From Savitreella phatthalungensis (lineage: Eukaryota): a DNA stretch of 64,000 nt. A model generated the notes under the pieces. It was given only the letters and a program-made list of their open reading frames with translations, did no database searches and was not told where the DNA came from. Each line of letters starts with the position of its first letter. Positions within the stretch are counted from its first letter, which is position 1. The DNA is taken from positions 186,001 to 250,000 of the forward strand of contig AP039703.1 in NCBI GenBank assembly GCA_051599415.1, given 5' to 3'. This document shows positions 35,401 through 46,444 of the stretch, in pieces. Made by a program: the position numbers and the translations under genes.

Positions 35401-36805
35401 GCGCGAGACGGCCGATGAACTGAACGGACTCCGATTCTTCCACGGCAGCATTTCTCTAGCCTTCCAGGTTGCCCGAGTTTCCGACCCATACGACGTCGCC
35501 CTCGGCTTCTTCCTGGACGGAAAGCCCGAGTACGATGGCCGGTCCATTGCGTTTGAGAAACGCAACGAATGCTACTTGACCATCTTCACCACACTTGACA
35601 AGCTCGAGGGCGCATTTGCACAGCAACCTTCCCACTTGTCGCTCGAGCGGGATGAGTCATACCAGGCCATCACGGACTACGACGATCAACTGTTCCATCT
35701 GCTCTTCTACGACTGGTACATCGAACGCGGCCTCCAAGACCGTCTGCTCGACATCCAATCGCCCTATATCCAGTCGTACCTGGAGCGCAAATCTCGTGAC
35801 TCACTTGACATGGCCGATCTGCTGTGGCAATACCATGCGAAGCAGGGCGACTACCTACAGGCTGCTGAGCGGCTGTACGCGCTATCGCGGTCTGACTTCC
35901 AGCTCGGTCTTGACCGGCGGATCGAGTACCTATCGCAGGCTCGCAACTACTGTGCCTGCTGTCCCGGAGCGTCTGTGGTCGGGGGCGGGCTGCAGGGTGC
36001 GCGTGTCGCCCAACTAGACCTTCAACTCGCAGAGGAGCTCGACGTTGCCGCGATCCAAGACGATCTCCTCATCGCCGTCAAAAACGACGACCGTATTCGA
36101 CCACAGAAGAAACCATCCCTCATCGCAACCTTAGACGCCAAACTAATCCCACTCAACCAGCTATTCAACGACTTTGCCGACCCACTCAACTACGACGTCA
36201 TCTGTCTAGCTATCTTCCACGCAGCAGAGTACCGCGGTACCCAGGAGATCTACGCTCGTTGGGAACGTCTCATCAACCAGACGCACGATGAAGCTGAGGC
36301 CGAGGCCCACAAGGATACCGGCGTCAAGCCGTACGAGCGGGTGGCTTCGATTGTGAGTTCTTTGGGCCGACGGTTTAGGTTGAGTGAGGGTGTGTTTGGG
36401 CTGGGTATGGTGACTGGTTTGGTGATGCGGTACGCGCTGGGGAAGCAGCGTGGTCTTGGACCTAAAGGCTGGGTAGCAGATTGCCTGATGGATGCAGGAG
36501 CGTCTCCGATCGACGTCTTCACAAACATCGACCTCCTCCTCGACCAGCAGCCCTACAGGACCTCGAAAGTCTCTCAACTCCTCATCATCACCGACCTCGC
36601 ATACATCCTCAAATCCAAAATCCTCCTAACCCATCCATCCAAAATCCAAGCCAACACCATCGACCTTGCAATCCAAAAGTACGCAGCAATCCTAGCATCT
36701 CAAGCCAACTCAACTTCCACACCAGCAGCATCACAATCGCTAGCGGAGTTACGTGGCGAGTTGGCTAGCCTTCAACGCCGATTACGTGCTTCGGTGGATG
36801 TGTAA
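32408..36805 (+). CDS. NUP170: Inner-ring nucleoporin Nup170/Nup157/Nup155
   Basis: IPDAIFEQYN...MGLFGELGRAWITVDNRLYLWNY, GWFSRRCSKINHT, LSGRHGGIALYIARL, CGSFCS, LDRRIEYLSQA; Q/QS-rich N-terminus. Confidence 0.94.
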   Translation: MSTMQTQFNTPGRQHSSQHQGSQTQSQSQSQSQLHLQSQSQSQSQSQSQSQAHGGSRPQQQQQQQQQPQQQQTQQQHGQQYGQLRHGTLISASQSKPSLPNDPFFAALMLANQAVNGFISSDKGWPELGDIMGQGSSNEYVWHEQPAWRPFHRTRIVNIPDAIFEQYNSTECFTQMGLFGELGRAWITVDNRLYLWNYANGQDFQAYEEHPHTITAIKLVKPKTGVFVDSIKHLLVLATPHDIFLLGVAPSSNKQAPGELQFYATKMTAPVVGIDVTCIASTASGRIFFTGKADTHIYELVYQAEEGWFSRRCSKINHTGSAIDNFLPAGLASKASESITQLIVDDSRNILYTLSNKSTIRAYSIVAPASLNHAVTYTYSSAVSHAQMLNAGSPLLDPRSTSLVSIQSISIQESKQVLLVATTNTGCRLYMRSTQGGYYAQQSSGTSGISSLQVSHVRFPPSPPAQQTQQPQPQHLQNQQAFGRPGQQNPFSSQTPSKQPFGSQNQLVKSPGQNIRPQPPQQQQQQQGQQAPSSTLANTIGARSFAPGLFLAFKRNGQASAGDVLFSSAPELNRLGLQLAAGNMRPLLIESCCYVPIEGFVQDICLVGASVTGPLGTELTTQFTRPPSTFAVLTNTGVHMLVKRRTVDVLAAALRYGPSATSGLESEMRRFFENIGRAEGCAACIGVICASLDGSDIETTTNIAGTPARSGKLSAAEVQDTVRRYFIEFGGRAYIDESQNRVFAADGSVMPPTLDMVKLSGRHGGIALYIARLVASFYKIPVVRQVPAAPPRKTDYVTSLPASQMAEVQSRMVALQQFLEQNRSTIEGLSGPDRLMSTQSRQEEVVVQAEHRGMHALTVLISQIIEGISFLQVLSDTPDGKLTDLVQSLPTPQAQQDLTKLTFEELFSSERGRELTKDLVATIVNSRIAQGGTVESVSDSLQKRCGSFCSPQDVVLYKAIEKLKHAKEQTAQRDRDTTLNECLRLFEHAASSLTVQNLRETADELNGLRFFHGSISLAFQVARVSDPYDVALGFFLDGKPEYDGRSIAFEKRNECYLTIFTTLDKLEGAFAQQPSHLSLERDESYQAITDYDDQLFHLLFYDWYIERGLQDRLLDIQSPYIQSYLERKSRDSLDMADLLWQYHAKQGDYLQAAERLYALSRSDFQLGLDRRIEYLSQARNYCACCPGASVVGGGLQGARVAQLDLQLAEELDVAAIQDDLLIAVKNDDRIRPQKKPSLIATLDAKLIPLNQLFNDFADPLNYDVICLAIFHAAEYRGTQEIYARWERLINQTHDEAEAEAHKDTGVKPYERVASIVSSLGRRFRLSEGVFGLGMVTGLVMRYALGKQRGLGPKGWVADCLMDAGASPIDVFTNIDLLLDQQPYRTSKVSQLLIITDLAYILKSKILLTHPSKIQANTIDLAIQKYAAILASQANSTSTPAASQSLAELRGELASLQRRLRASVDV

Positions 36806-36821
36806 GCTAGTATTCAGGAAT

Positions 36822-37632
36822 GGGCGCATCTATGGACACGGCAGATTTTGTCACGGACACGGCATTTGGTGTATGTAGCAAATTCTTCTACAATCAAATT
36901 CAGATGCACAGTCAATTGCAAAGATTGAAGGACCATCTCAAGGATGATTTTATAAGGACATATAACAGATATTGACACTTTACGGTCCACCATCACTGAC
37001 ACCAACAAAGACAACATGGAAGGCCTACAATCAACCCTTTGGGACAGTCTCACAGAGCTGCATGTTCTGTATTTGCAAAGCTGCAAGTTTCCTCCTTGTG
37101 GTGCAAGACTCAAAGAAGGACAAGTACTCAAAATTGGCATGTGCTTGACATGGTTTGCCACAAAGACACTTGGAGAGAAGCAACATTGATACATTGCACT
37201 GCAGCAATAATAGTAGGGCTGATCAATGGTTGAGGTTGACACGTACAGTGTACCGCTACAAGACAGAAGCTCAGAAAGCATTCATGCTGAAAGCACAGCA
37301 TGACTTCAACATGCAATGCAGCCAGATGGCAACTTCAAGCAAAATGGCCACACATCCCAGAGGCCGGCCACGCCCCTCAAACTGTTGCCTGCCTGACAAA
37401 CATACTAGTTCAACTTCAGTCAGGCGCAATCCAAGCCATTTTGAACAGTGAAACCAATCCAGTCAGGTACTTCAGTCATGGAAAACATTCATCAGGATGA
37501 CTGACACACAATCGTCGGACGTTGGTGTTTTTATCAAAATACGTTATGCATAGTAATTTGCTATGATCTTTTGGTGAAAATAGAAAATCTGCCGTGCCCA
37601 TAGCAAATTATGCCGTATCCATAGATGCGCCC
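36822..37632. mobile_element. Non-autonomous Mutator-like (MULE) DNA transposon, 811 bp
   Basis: Left end GGGCGCATCTATGGACACGGCA; right end reverse-complemented GGGCGCATCTATGGATACGGCA (21/22 match, imperfect to ~43 bp); perfect 9-bp TSD TTCAGGAAT at 36813-36821 and 37633-37641. A 9-bp TSD with G-starting TIRs is characteristic of MULEs. Confidence 0.88.
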
Positions 37633-37662
37633 TTCAGGAATTAATTAAAGACTTTTTTTTCT

Positions 37663-39759
37663 TCATGCAGCTGCGGATGCTACTGCCGCTGCACCTTCCT
37701 GCTGCTCCCACATCCCGTAGTAAATGCCCTGGCGATCCAAGAGGTGTTGGTGAGTGCCTTGTTCAGCGACGATCCCGTCCTTGAGAACGACGATGAGATC
37801 TGCGTCCTGGATGGTTCTGAGCCTGTGAGCGATGAAGACTGAGGTCTTCTTGTTGTTGCCCACGGATGCGTTGATGGCCTTTAGGAGTGCGTGCTCAGTG
37901 GCGGTGTCGAGCGCGGAGGTGGCTTCGTCAAAGAACATGATCGGTGAGTTCTTGAGGATGGCCCTGGCAAGTGCCAGCCGTTGCTTCTCACCACCAGAGA
38001 TCATCATCCCGCGCTCACCAACCTGGGTCTCGTAACCCTCGGGCCAGCCCACTACACTCTCGTGGATCTGAGCAGCACGAGCGGCAGCATACACCTCATC
38101 GTCAGAAGCCGTCATCCGACCGTACCGCAGGTTGTGGAGGACCGTCGAGTTGAACATCGGTTGATCTTGAGGGACGACTGCCACGGATCTTCGCAGCGAG
38201 TCAAGCTGGACGTCGGTGATGTCTTGCCCGTCGATCTTGATCGTCCCGCGCTCGAGGTCGTAGAATCGATACAGGAGACGGAGGATTGTCGACTTGCCGC
38301 AGCCTGAAGGTCCAACAATCGCCACTTTCTTGCCTGCAGGGATGGTGAAGGTGACATCGCGCAGGATCGGTCGGTCAGGCAGGTAGCCGAATGTGACGTT
38401 GTTGAATTGGATCTCGCCGGCCGTGACGGCGAGCGCGCCTGCATCCGGTTTCTCCTTAACGGTCACATTCACCTTTTGCAGGTTGAAGAGGGTCTCCATG
38501 TCCAGCAGAGATTGCCTGAGCTCGCGGTAGACGCTGCCGAGGAAGTTTAGGGGCAGCGAGAGTTGGAAGACGAGCTGGTTGATGAGGACGAGGTCGCCGA
38601 CTGTCATGGTGCCAGCGGCGACGCCCTGGCAAGCCATGAACATCATTCCCGTCAGCGCCGAGGAGAAGATCAAGTTCTGGCCAGAGTTGAGGTAGGCGAG
38701 CGAGGTGGCGATTTTGATGCTCGCGTCCTCGTACTTCTGTAATGCCTTGTCGTATTGAGTTGCTTCGTAGTGCTCGTTGTTGAAGTACTTGACACTCTCG
38801 TAGTTGATTAGGGAGTCGATGGCGACTGTGGCGGCCTGATTGTCAGCTGCATTGGCCTGCTTTCGAAATTTCGTTCGCCATGCAGTCGTTTGGATGGTGA
38901 AGATGGCATACCCGACCATCGTCGCTGCCGTCACAGCTGCAAAGCTCGGACCGAACTTGTACGTGAGGATACCACACACGAGGGAGATCTCGAGTGCGGT
39001 TGGAAAGATATGAAAGACCATGCTGGAGAGGAGAAAACTGATTCCCTTTGTGCCGCGGTCGATTGCACGTGATAGGCCACCAGTCTGCCTTGCGAGGTGG
39101 AATTGCAAATCGAGTCTGAGCAGGTGCTCAAACACATTGGCAGCGACCTTGCGGATCGCCTTCTGGGCTACGTGGGCAAAGACGGCATTTCGAAGCTCTT
39201 GAGAGACGACAGAGAAGATGCGTGCCAGACCATATCCGACGATGACTGTGCCTGCAACTGTCCAAGCAGTTGTGCCGACGCCACCGTCGAATGGGATGTT
39301 CATTGAATCAACGATGTTCTTGAAGAAGAAGGGGACCTGGACGTTGAGGAGCTTGCCGGCGACGAGAAGCCCGAGAGATACAACGACACGAGTCTTAACG
39401 GACCGGTTGTTCTTTGGCCACAAGTAGCGGCTCATCTCACGAATGATTGCCCAGTCTGCTTGCCGCTGATCTGCCTTAGACTTACCGTCTGCACCGAGAG
39501 CGAGGTCGGCCTTCGCAATCTGCCTGGAGGGTGGTTCACTGGGTCTTTTGACTGTGGTTGCTGAAGATGCTTTTGAGTCTGTGGCAATGTCATGCTGACG
39601 TATCCGTGCACGTGTGAGCAGTGAATGCGGCCGGAGACATGTGCGAGGTCTATGCTGTTGTACAAGGTGTGAGAATAGGCGTACTCGTGGTGGCAGAGAG
39701 GTTGCGTATGTGATGTGAAAAGCACTGCCAATGCCAGATGAGATCCGTGGCATAATCAT
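37663..39759 (-). CDS. ATM1: Mitochondrial ABC half-transporter Atm1
   Basis: Arg-rich presequence, [44 protein letters not shown], Walker [28 protein letters not shown]. Confidence 0.97.
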   Translation of the reverse strand: MIMPRISSGIGSAFHITYATSLPPRVRLFSHLVQQHRPRTCLRPHSLLTRARIRQHDIATDSKASSATTVKRPSEPPSRQIAKADLALGADGKSKADQRQADWAIIREMSRYLWPKNNRSVKTRVVVSLGLLVAGKLLNVQVPFFFKNIVDSMNIPFDGGVGTTAWTVAGTVIVGYGLARIFSVVSQELRNAVFAHVAQKAIRKVAANVFEHLLRLDLQFHLARQTGGLSRAIDRGTKGISFLLSSMVFHIFPTALEISLVCGILTYKFGPSFAAVTAATMVGYAIFTIQTTAWRTKFRKQANAADNQAATVAIDSLINYESVKYFNNEHYEATQYDKALQKYEDASIKIATSLAYLNSGQNLIFSSALTGMMFMACQGVAAGTMTVGDLVLINQLVFQLSLPLNFLGSVYRELRQSLLDMETLFNLQKVNVTVKEKPDAGALAVTAGEIQFNNVTFGYLPDRPILRDVTFTIPAGKKVAIVGPSGCGKSTILRLLYRFYDLERGTIKIDGQDITDVQLDSLRRSVAVVPQDQPMFNSTVLHNLRYGRMTASDDEVYAAARAAQIHESVVGWPEGYETQVGERGMMISGGEKQRLALARAILKNSPIMFFDEATSALDTATEHALLKAINASVGNNKKTSVFIAHRLRTIQDADLIVVLKDGIVAEQGTHQHLLDRQGIYYGMWEQQEGAAAVASAAA

Positions 39760-42165
39760 CTTTCTGACCTTTGCCGATGAGCAATGTGTCTACTTTGGCT
39801 TTCGCTCCTGCTTTTGATGATGCTATAAGGGCATCGTAGACGTGTGGGAGGAAGATATCTGTGTTTGACAAGGGCTGAAGGAGTAAACTGTAGAGTGTAG
39901 GTGAGATGGAAGGGCCTTCAAGGTATTGCTCGGATGGCTCGTGTGATATGTGATGGCTTGAGTGATCTGTGTATCAGCCTGATAGATGAGTATCAGTGAC
40001 AGATTACACATCCACACACATGTCCTGTGGCTTGCATAGTAGCCGAGTAGCGGTAGTTGATGATAGGATGAACAGCCATATACCCGTATGGATATAATTT
40101 ACATTGATAGTGTGGATGATGGTTGACGTGCATGTGCAATCCAACTGAACCCGATTGTGAGGCTCTGATTGATCAAATATCAAATTTTGCAGGATTTTGA
40201 GAGCTGATTCCGTCATTCCAGTCAATCAAACAAAATCGATCAGGCTCATGCATTCAAGCAATCGGTTAGATTGCTTGCAAATGCAGATGCACGACTGATT
40301 CTGAGTGGGTGAGTCAGAGCAGGTAAGTCTGGCTCAGTAAGCAGAAGAAAGGGGTCCATTGAGTCTGTAGCGTTCTTGAATGTGCCATGCATCGCCAGAA
40401 CAGTCTGTACTGTGCGCATGAGCATGCCGTCGGAGATCCGCGCGAGTCAAGTACAATACAATTTCCAAGTGGCGAGTGCGTGTGAGTGATGCGCGTGGGT
40501 GTGTTGACCACTTGCGAGTAAATTCATCGCCATACCCAGGCTCACAAGCCTGAGACAACGGATGGTCTCTTATAGCGGATAAGAACCCAGTATAGGACAT
40601 TGTGTGTACATGTTGTAGAGCGTGATTGCAAGTGTTAGCGCAACTTGGGTCATGGGCTCAGGAAAGATATCCACAAGTGCGCTCGATGAGCTGATGAGAA
40701 GACATGTTGATCCACTTGGAGCGCTTGTATGGGATGATGAGAGAATGAAGCCATTGTATCAAATAGGGAGCCTGACTGGGAAGTTGACGAAATCTGGCGA
40801 GGGTGTATGTATACAAGGCAAAGTGGTTCAAGTAGATTGATGGTGGATCTTGCTTGCACGTGTACATTGTTCAGTCCTGTTGGAGCAGGTCAGGTGGATG
40901 AGTGAAGATGCAAGAGTTCGGCAAATTGAGAGGTATAAGGTGTGTTGTTGGAAACCCCGAAACCCCGAGTACGAAGGATTTGTGAGTGAGAGGATGAATG
41001 GAATTGCTTGCCACCCAGTCATCCATGCATTCAATCATTCATTCACCAGCTCACTTGATGACTCGACTCACTCGATCGTGCATCTGGGATTCTTGAACTA
41101 AATTCCATTCCTTCTTGCATTTGAAATTGGAAAGTTCATTCTTCATGCTGCCACGGCCACAACCCAGCTTGTTTCTTTTTCTTTTTCTCCCATTTTTTAA
41201 GTTCCGATCGAGTTGGAATGAGAGAGTGAGACTCTTATTTATTGATATTGTAATCTTCCGAGAGTATCAAATACTTACCGCTCAAAACCTCCCTCTTCAA
41301 AATCAATTTCGAAACATTTGAAACTTCAATTGGAACACCTATACGAATTCCGAGTTGCAGTTGGTACAGAATCTCCAGCCTTCACTAGATCTCAAATTGT
41401 CAATACCAATCTAATATACGACCAAACAAGAATATAAACATATCTCATGTCTTCCGAAGTAGAACCCAGTGCAGTCAAGTACAGTCTAGTGTAGCCTAGT
41501 GGGTGTAATACAGGCCAACTTAACACAGCCCAGTACAACGGGGATTAGTACAGCAGAGCCCAGTAGAGCAAAATACACAACAACACAAACATAGCGATAC
41601 ACAGTCAAAGCAGATATTAGATCATCTCTACCACAGTCTAAGATGGCCCAAACAGTAGATCAAGCCCCACCGAGTGACTGGCAAAGCTATCTCAAGACTA
41701 GGCTGAAGAAGGTGAACCCTACAAGTGTTTATGAATATCCACAGGTGTATACACACCCTGCGTAGCTATGGTTGAACGGACAGTAATTCCTGATGTTGTG
41801 TGTGGTGGAGGATGTTGGATGGAAGTCGATACAATGGCTGTAGACACTGTCTAGAGTTGATGCGCCCCTCCGGAATCTATTGAAAGGGTTGAACCAAAAT
41901 AGCGTATCCCTGTAGGACCACAGAACAATATACAGCAGAGTATACATACAGGATACAGTATACAGTTCACAGCATACAGTTGGGTAAAGTACAGTAGGGT
42001 GGAAACCAATCTTCCACCGCCAAACACAACCAAACGGCACCTATCCAACGATACACAACCTTTTCCCTATCTCTTTCTTCCTCTCTCTCTCATCCTCCCT
42101 CTACCTCTTCGTCTCGTGCCCTAGCTCTCCCTGTGTGTGTAGGTGTGTGAATGTGTGTGGTTGTA

Positions 42166-42188
42166 TGTGTGTGTGTGTGTGTGTGTGT
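42166..42188. repeat. (GT)n microsatellite
   Basis: Read directly. Confidence 0.85.
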
Positions 42189-43110
42189 CCGACTGTACTC
42201 TAACTCTGAGTTCCACGCTGTCTCTGACTCCATCGTCAGCGTCCTCGTCGCTCCGCAGGACAACCTGTTTGCTTACTCGTGCCTCTGTGGTAACCATACC
42301 AACAATCCTGAACCCTACATTATTAATATTGCTCCACTGAACCTTCATTCAAGGGACTCTTTACCTCGAAGTCTGTCCTTCAGGCAGTCACTCTCCTCCA
42401 TTCACCAGTCACTCTCTTGCGCACGCTCTCTACCAATCAGACCTCCAGCGCTCTCTACCCTACACTACAGCACCTATCCTTAGCAGTCTCTGGCAACCTC
42501 TGCTGCAGCTAAACACTTCCGGGATCTGCTCATCACTTGCATTTTGACAACACACACTCTCACACACTCTCTCCTACCAATCAACAAAGCATCGCAGGTC
42601 ACGAGCGAGTCAGTCTCCATTCCATCAACCACAGACAGCTCGACGCTCTCTCTTCCTGTTAGGGACACACTGTCAAATAAGTCCCCTTGGCCATTCCTTG
42701 TCACCCCTGGTAAGTAGTCGCATCTCGCAATCTATCTCAGGACCAACCGACTGCCTGCGACCTACAAGCGACAAAGACAAGATACGACAGGGATAAAACT
42801 TCTGACAACGTGGTCAATCACATTCCTTACACCGAAACAAAGACACTAGGCAGACTTGCCTTCACGCGTAGAAGTGTATCTCTATTCCTCTTCTGGCAGG
42901 CTAGACGACAGCGTAGAGCCTTCCTCAGCCTCATTACCCAGTCCTGAATTGTCATCTCGGCTTCAGGCGCCTTCCGTTCCCGGCAAACCTTCCTCTAAAC
43001 GACCGTTCCGTGTTCTTCGCGAGAAGTTGACCTGCACTCGAGCCAAAGCTACTCGACTCCAGCGCGACATCAAAACCCACCAGGTCTGCTAGCGCGATAC
43101 CTCAACTATC

Positions 43111-44433
43111 ATGAGTACAGATCCTCAGAACACAGACAGACGGAAGCGGAAAGGTCTGCTAGCATCGCTCTTCAGCTGCTGCATCGCACCGACAACTGAA
43201 GACTCCCGCGCATCCGCGTCTGCGCCAGTAGCGCCAAAGAGCACAACCACCGCGACACAGACAGCACCCGCTGCAAACGCTCCTGATGCGTCACTTCAGC
43301 CTGCAGGTCAGGCAGCAGCCAAAGCATCATCATCATCGGCACCTGCAGCAGCAACAGAGACCCCGATCGCACAAGCCGGTACACAGATCATCGACGCACG
43401 GCCAAAGGCGGCAGCACCCACCCCTGACGAGACCACCACGACCGCTCTTGGAACCGGAATCCGTATTCCTCCCGGTGCATCCGCTCCCGGACCCACAACC
43501 ACCAATGACGCACGGCATGTTTCGATCGCGCCGACGGAGGTCCCGCCGAGCAGCAGCAATCGGGATTTCTTCAGCCCGATGTCGTCCCCTGGAACGCAAA
43601 CCCCTCGGAGATCCGTGTCTGCGGCGAACGACAGCCTACCGCCGGCGACGGAGGAAGAGGCGGTTCACGAAGCACTCGAGATTGACGAGCCATTGACACC
43701 TTCAAGTGCTGTGATCCCGGTGACAGCGCCGATCCCAGACGCAGTTCCGGCACTTGGTGGCGCAGTCGTCGGCGCCGGCGGAAGCTCACACGACCTCACC
43801 ACCTTTTCACCCAACCACGACGACCCCTCCGGCGGAGTCTCACTTGCGGCAGGCCTCTACGGTGACTCTTCAGACCACTGGCTCCTACCACCTCCCTCGC
43901 CAGCGGTGAAAAAGGGAAAGCGGAAGTGTCTAGTACTCGACCTGGACGAGACGCTCGTCCACTCTTCCTTCAAGGTCATCCACGGTGCTGACTTTGTGGT
44001 TCCGGTGGAGATCGACTCACTCTACCACAACGTGTACGTGATCAAGCGTCCTGGCGTTGACGAGTTTATGCGCCGGTGTGGGGAGTTGTTTGAGGTTGTG
44101 GTGTTCACTGCGTCGCTGGCCAAATACGCTGACCCTGTGCTGGACATGCTCGACATTCACAAGGTCGTCCACCACCGGCTTTTCCGTGAATCGTGCTCGT
44201 ACCACATGGCAAACTACGTCAAGGACCTAGGTCAGCTTGGAAGACCCCTAAACGCAACCATCATCATCGACAACTCACCTGCATCCTACGTCTTCCACCC
44301 AGCTCACGCAGTTCCCATCTCATCCTGGTTCAACGACGTCCATGACACAGAACTCATCGATCTAGTCCCATTCCTCGAAGATCTAGCATCCGTAGATGAC
44401 GTCTCTAGAGTCCTTCAACTCGCTCTAGACTAA
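43111..44433 (+). CDS. PSR1: Plasma-membrane HAD phosphatase Psr1/Psr2 (SCP/FCP1-like)
   Basis: N-terminal LLASLFSCC (palmitoylation-type motif), [40 protein letters not shown]. Confidence 0.88.
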   Translation: MSTDPQNTDRRKRKGLLASLFSCCIAPTTEDSRASASAPVAPKSTTTATQTAPAANAPDASLQPAGQAAAKASSSSAPAAATETPIAQAGTQIIDARPKAAAPTPDETTTTALGTGIRIPPGASAPGPTTTNDARHVSIAPTEVPPSSSNRDFFSPMSSPGTQTPRRSVSAANDSLPPATEEEAVHEALEIDEPLTPSSAVIPVTAPIPDAVPALGGAVVGAGGSSHDLTTFSPNHDDPSGGVSLAAGLYGDSSDHWLLPPPSPAVKKGKRKCLVLDLDETLVHSSFKVIHGADFVVPVEIDSLYHNVYVIKRPGVDEFMRRCGELFEVVVFTASLAKYADPVLDMLDIHKVVHHRLFRESCSYHMANYVKDLGQLGRPLNATIIIDNSPASYVFHPAHAVPISSWFNDVHDTELIDLVPFLEDLASVDDVSRVLQLALD

Positions 44434-44521
44434 AAAGACCCCTCTACCTTTCTCTTCTCCCCTTAGCCTTAATGTTTATTTTTTTTCTCTCTCTCCGAGT
44501 TTGTGTAAAATCATACATATA

Positions 44522-46444
44522 TCATTCATCGTTTCCTCCAACCGGGTTCATCTGACCGAATTGGATCGGCGGCGCTAGACCTTTCGGTGTGCTGATGGAG
44601 AGGGTGTTGGTGTTGGTCAGGGTCACACTATTGGTAGTGGTGGTCGCGGGACCTATAGAGCCATCGTCTCTCACCAACACGCCGGAAGGCAAGGACCCTT
44701 CAGGTCGAGATACTTCTTTAAGCCATGACTGGAAATCGTTTCGGGGTTTTGACGTCGCAGATGCTGGTGGTGTGACAACATCCGAGTCGTGTGGTGGCGA
44801 TTGGGGGAGGTTAGGGGAGTCTTGTGGTGGAAGCGGGTCATCGTCAGCTTCTAGTTTCTCACGGGATGCACGGATTTTGGCAGCGTCCTGGAGATGGAGC
44901 TCGCTGAAGCGCCAGAGGTCGAGAGCGTTGTTGGCCAGTTTCCGCGCTTGACCGAGACGGTGCTTGTGTTCTTCTGGAGTCAGGCCGAATCGCGAAGGTT
45001 GAGAAACAAAGATCTTCGAGACGGGACCCTGGTGGGCACTCTCTGTCCAGTCTTGTGCAGCCTCCCATTCGGCTTCAGCGCGGTCGTGGTACTGGAGCGC
45101 CTGCTTGAGCAGGTGTCGCTCGTGGGCAAGCAGCCAGCTCCGTGAACCGGCTTCTGGAGTCGGTGTCGTCTGGTTCGGATCAGGCGGGCAAGTGAGTAGA
45201 GCTGCCTCAATGCATGCCAGCTGCCGTTCAACGGCCAGACGTTTACCCGTCACGTGTGCTGGGAGTGTCCGTGTCGACTGGACGGATCTCAGGCTGGCAG
45301 AGCGCTGTGAAGACATACTTGGGTGTCGGCGCGCCTTGGAGACTGCAGCAACTGAAGAGGACTGCCAGACCTGCGCTTGTACGGCGTATGCACGCTCAAA
45401 CTTGGCGCTCGTCACAGAAATGTTGGTGTGGGAGGAGTGTGCGGAGTGGGTGGTGGCCATAGTCCGTATGGACGAGAGGGACGATCTTCTGGATGTGGCT
45501 GCGGCTGATGGCATGTTGCAGACACTGAAGGCCGTGCTGTTGTTCTGCTGTGCGCGCGAGTACGGTGTTGCCGGTGGCGTCATGCTCAGCAGCACAGGAT
45601 CAACCTGAAGTCCGATTGATGCAGACACCGCAGGTGAAGGCGGGGCCGTAGCAGATGTAGTGAGCGGAACAAATGGAATGACGTCGGCACGCATTGTCAT
45701 ACTGGTGCGGGAAGAATTTGTCTTGACGCTTCGCACGCTGCTGGCAGACGTCAGTGTTGGCCTGGTCGGGCTCGGCACTGGCTGAGTCTGCTGCAATTGC
45801 TGCTGGACCGTCCGGTAGGAGAGTGGTTTTGGTGATAAAGCAGCCTGATTGATGGTTGCGACAGAAGGCAATGGATGTGGAAAGCTGGCAGCTTCGATGG
45901 CTGCGGCCATTGCTGCACTCTGCTGCGGTGAATATCTCCGAGGTGGTCGATACGGACGCTTGTTGGAGGTTGCCATCTTGGCTGCAAGTGCTGCACTCTG
46001 CCTGTCTGGGATGTTCAAACGGAGAAAGCTTGTGGACGGCAAGACGACCGGGAGCTCGACCTGTGGGTTGGCTGGCTGCAGGCCTAGACGCTGACGGATT
46101 AGAGCCGATGCGGACTGCGAGCTACCCGATGAGGAGACTGAGCGAGTGCTCGAGGTGGATGTGAGGTTAGGAGCTTTTGTGGTCGCAGAGATAGGTTTCT
46201 TTGCGCGGACTGCTACACCTGTCTGTCGTGAAGCGGGGACCGTCTCAGTCTGTGTCTCCGCAACGGACAAGTCTGAAGGTACGCTTCTGCGCCGAGATAG
46301 ATCGGCAGGAGGCGCAAGCTGTGACCTGAGCGGACTCCGTGCAGAAGGTCCGTTGTGTAGCGCAGAGACTCGAGAATGTGTAGAGTCCGAGCGAGGACTG
46401 CCGCCGCTCGTCAGCTGATCTTGCTGCGGCCGCGGAGAATCCAG
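44522..46444 (-). CDS. Hypothetical Ser/Pro/Thr-rich protein with a PAM2-like motif; start uncertain (first ATG 45976, candidate CTG 46444)
   Basis: Open frame 46477-44522, far longer than chance; helical segment near residues 340-470 of the track ORF; MRADVIPFVP resembles a PAM2 motif. Confidence 0.65.
   Translation of the reverse strand: MDSPRPQQDQLTSGGSPRSDSTHSRVSALHNGPSARSPLRSQLAPPADLSRRRSVPSDLSVAETQTETVPASRQTGVAVRAKKPISATTKAPNLTSTSSTRSVSSSGSSQSASALIRQRLGLQPANPQVELPVVLPSTSFLRLNIPDRQSAALAAKMATSNKRPYRPPRRYSPQQSAAMAAAIEAASFPHPLPSVATINQAALSPKPLSYRTVQQQLQQTQPVPSPTRPTLTSASSVRSVKTNSSRTSMTMRADVIPFVPLTTSATAPPSPAVSASIGLQVDPVLLSMTPPATPYSRAQQNNSTAFSVCNMPSAAATSRRSSLSSIRTMATTHSAHSSHTNISVTSAKFERAYAVQAQVWQSSSVAAVSKARRHPSMSSQRSASLRSVQSTRTLPAHVTGKRLAVERQLACIEAALLTCPPDPNQTTPTPEAGSRSWLLAHERHLLKQALQYHDRAEAEWEAAQDWTESAHQGPVSKIFVSQPSRFGLTPEEHKHRLGQARKLANNALDLWRFSELHLQDAAKIRASREKLEADDDPLPPQDSPNLPQSPPHDSDVVTPPASATSKPRNDFQSWLKEVSRPEGSLPSGVLVRDDGSIGPATTTTNSVTLTNTNTLSISTPKGLAPPIQFGQMNPVGGNDE

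Noticed and set aside
41271..41280. ATACTTACC resembling the U1 snRNA 5' end
   Set aside because: Followed by G rather than TG, and no U1 stem-loops are evident downstream.
41460..42000. Degenerate ACAGT/ATACAG short-period repeats
   Set aside because: Low-complexity intergenic sequence without defined units, termini or TSD.
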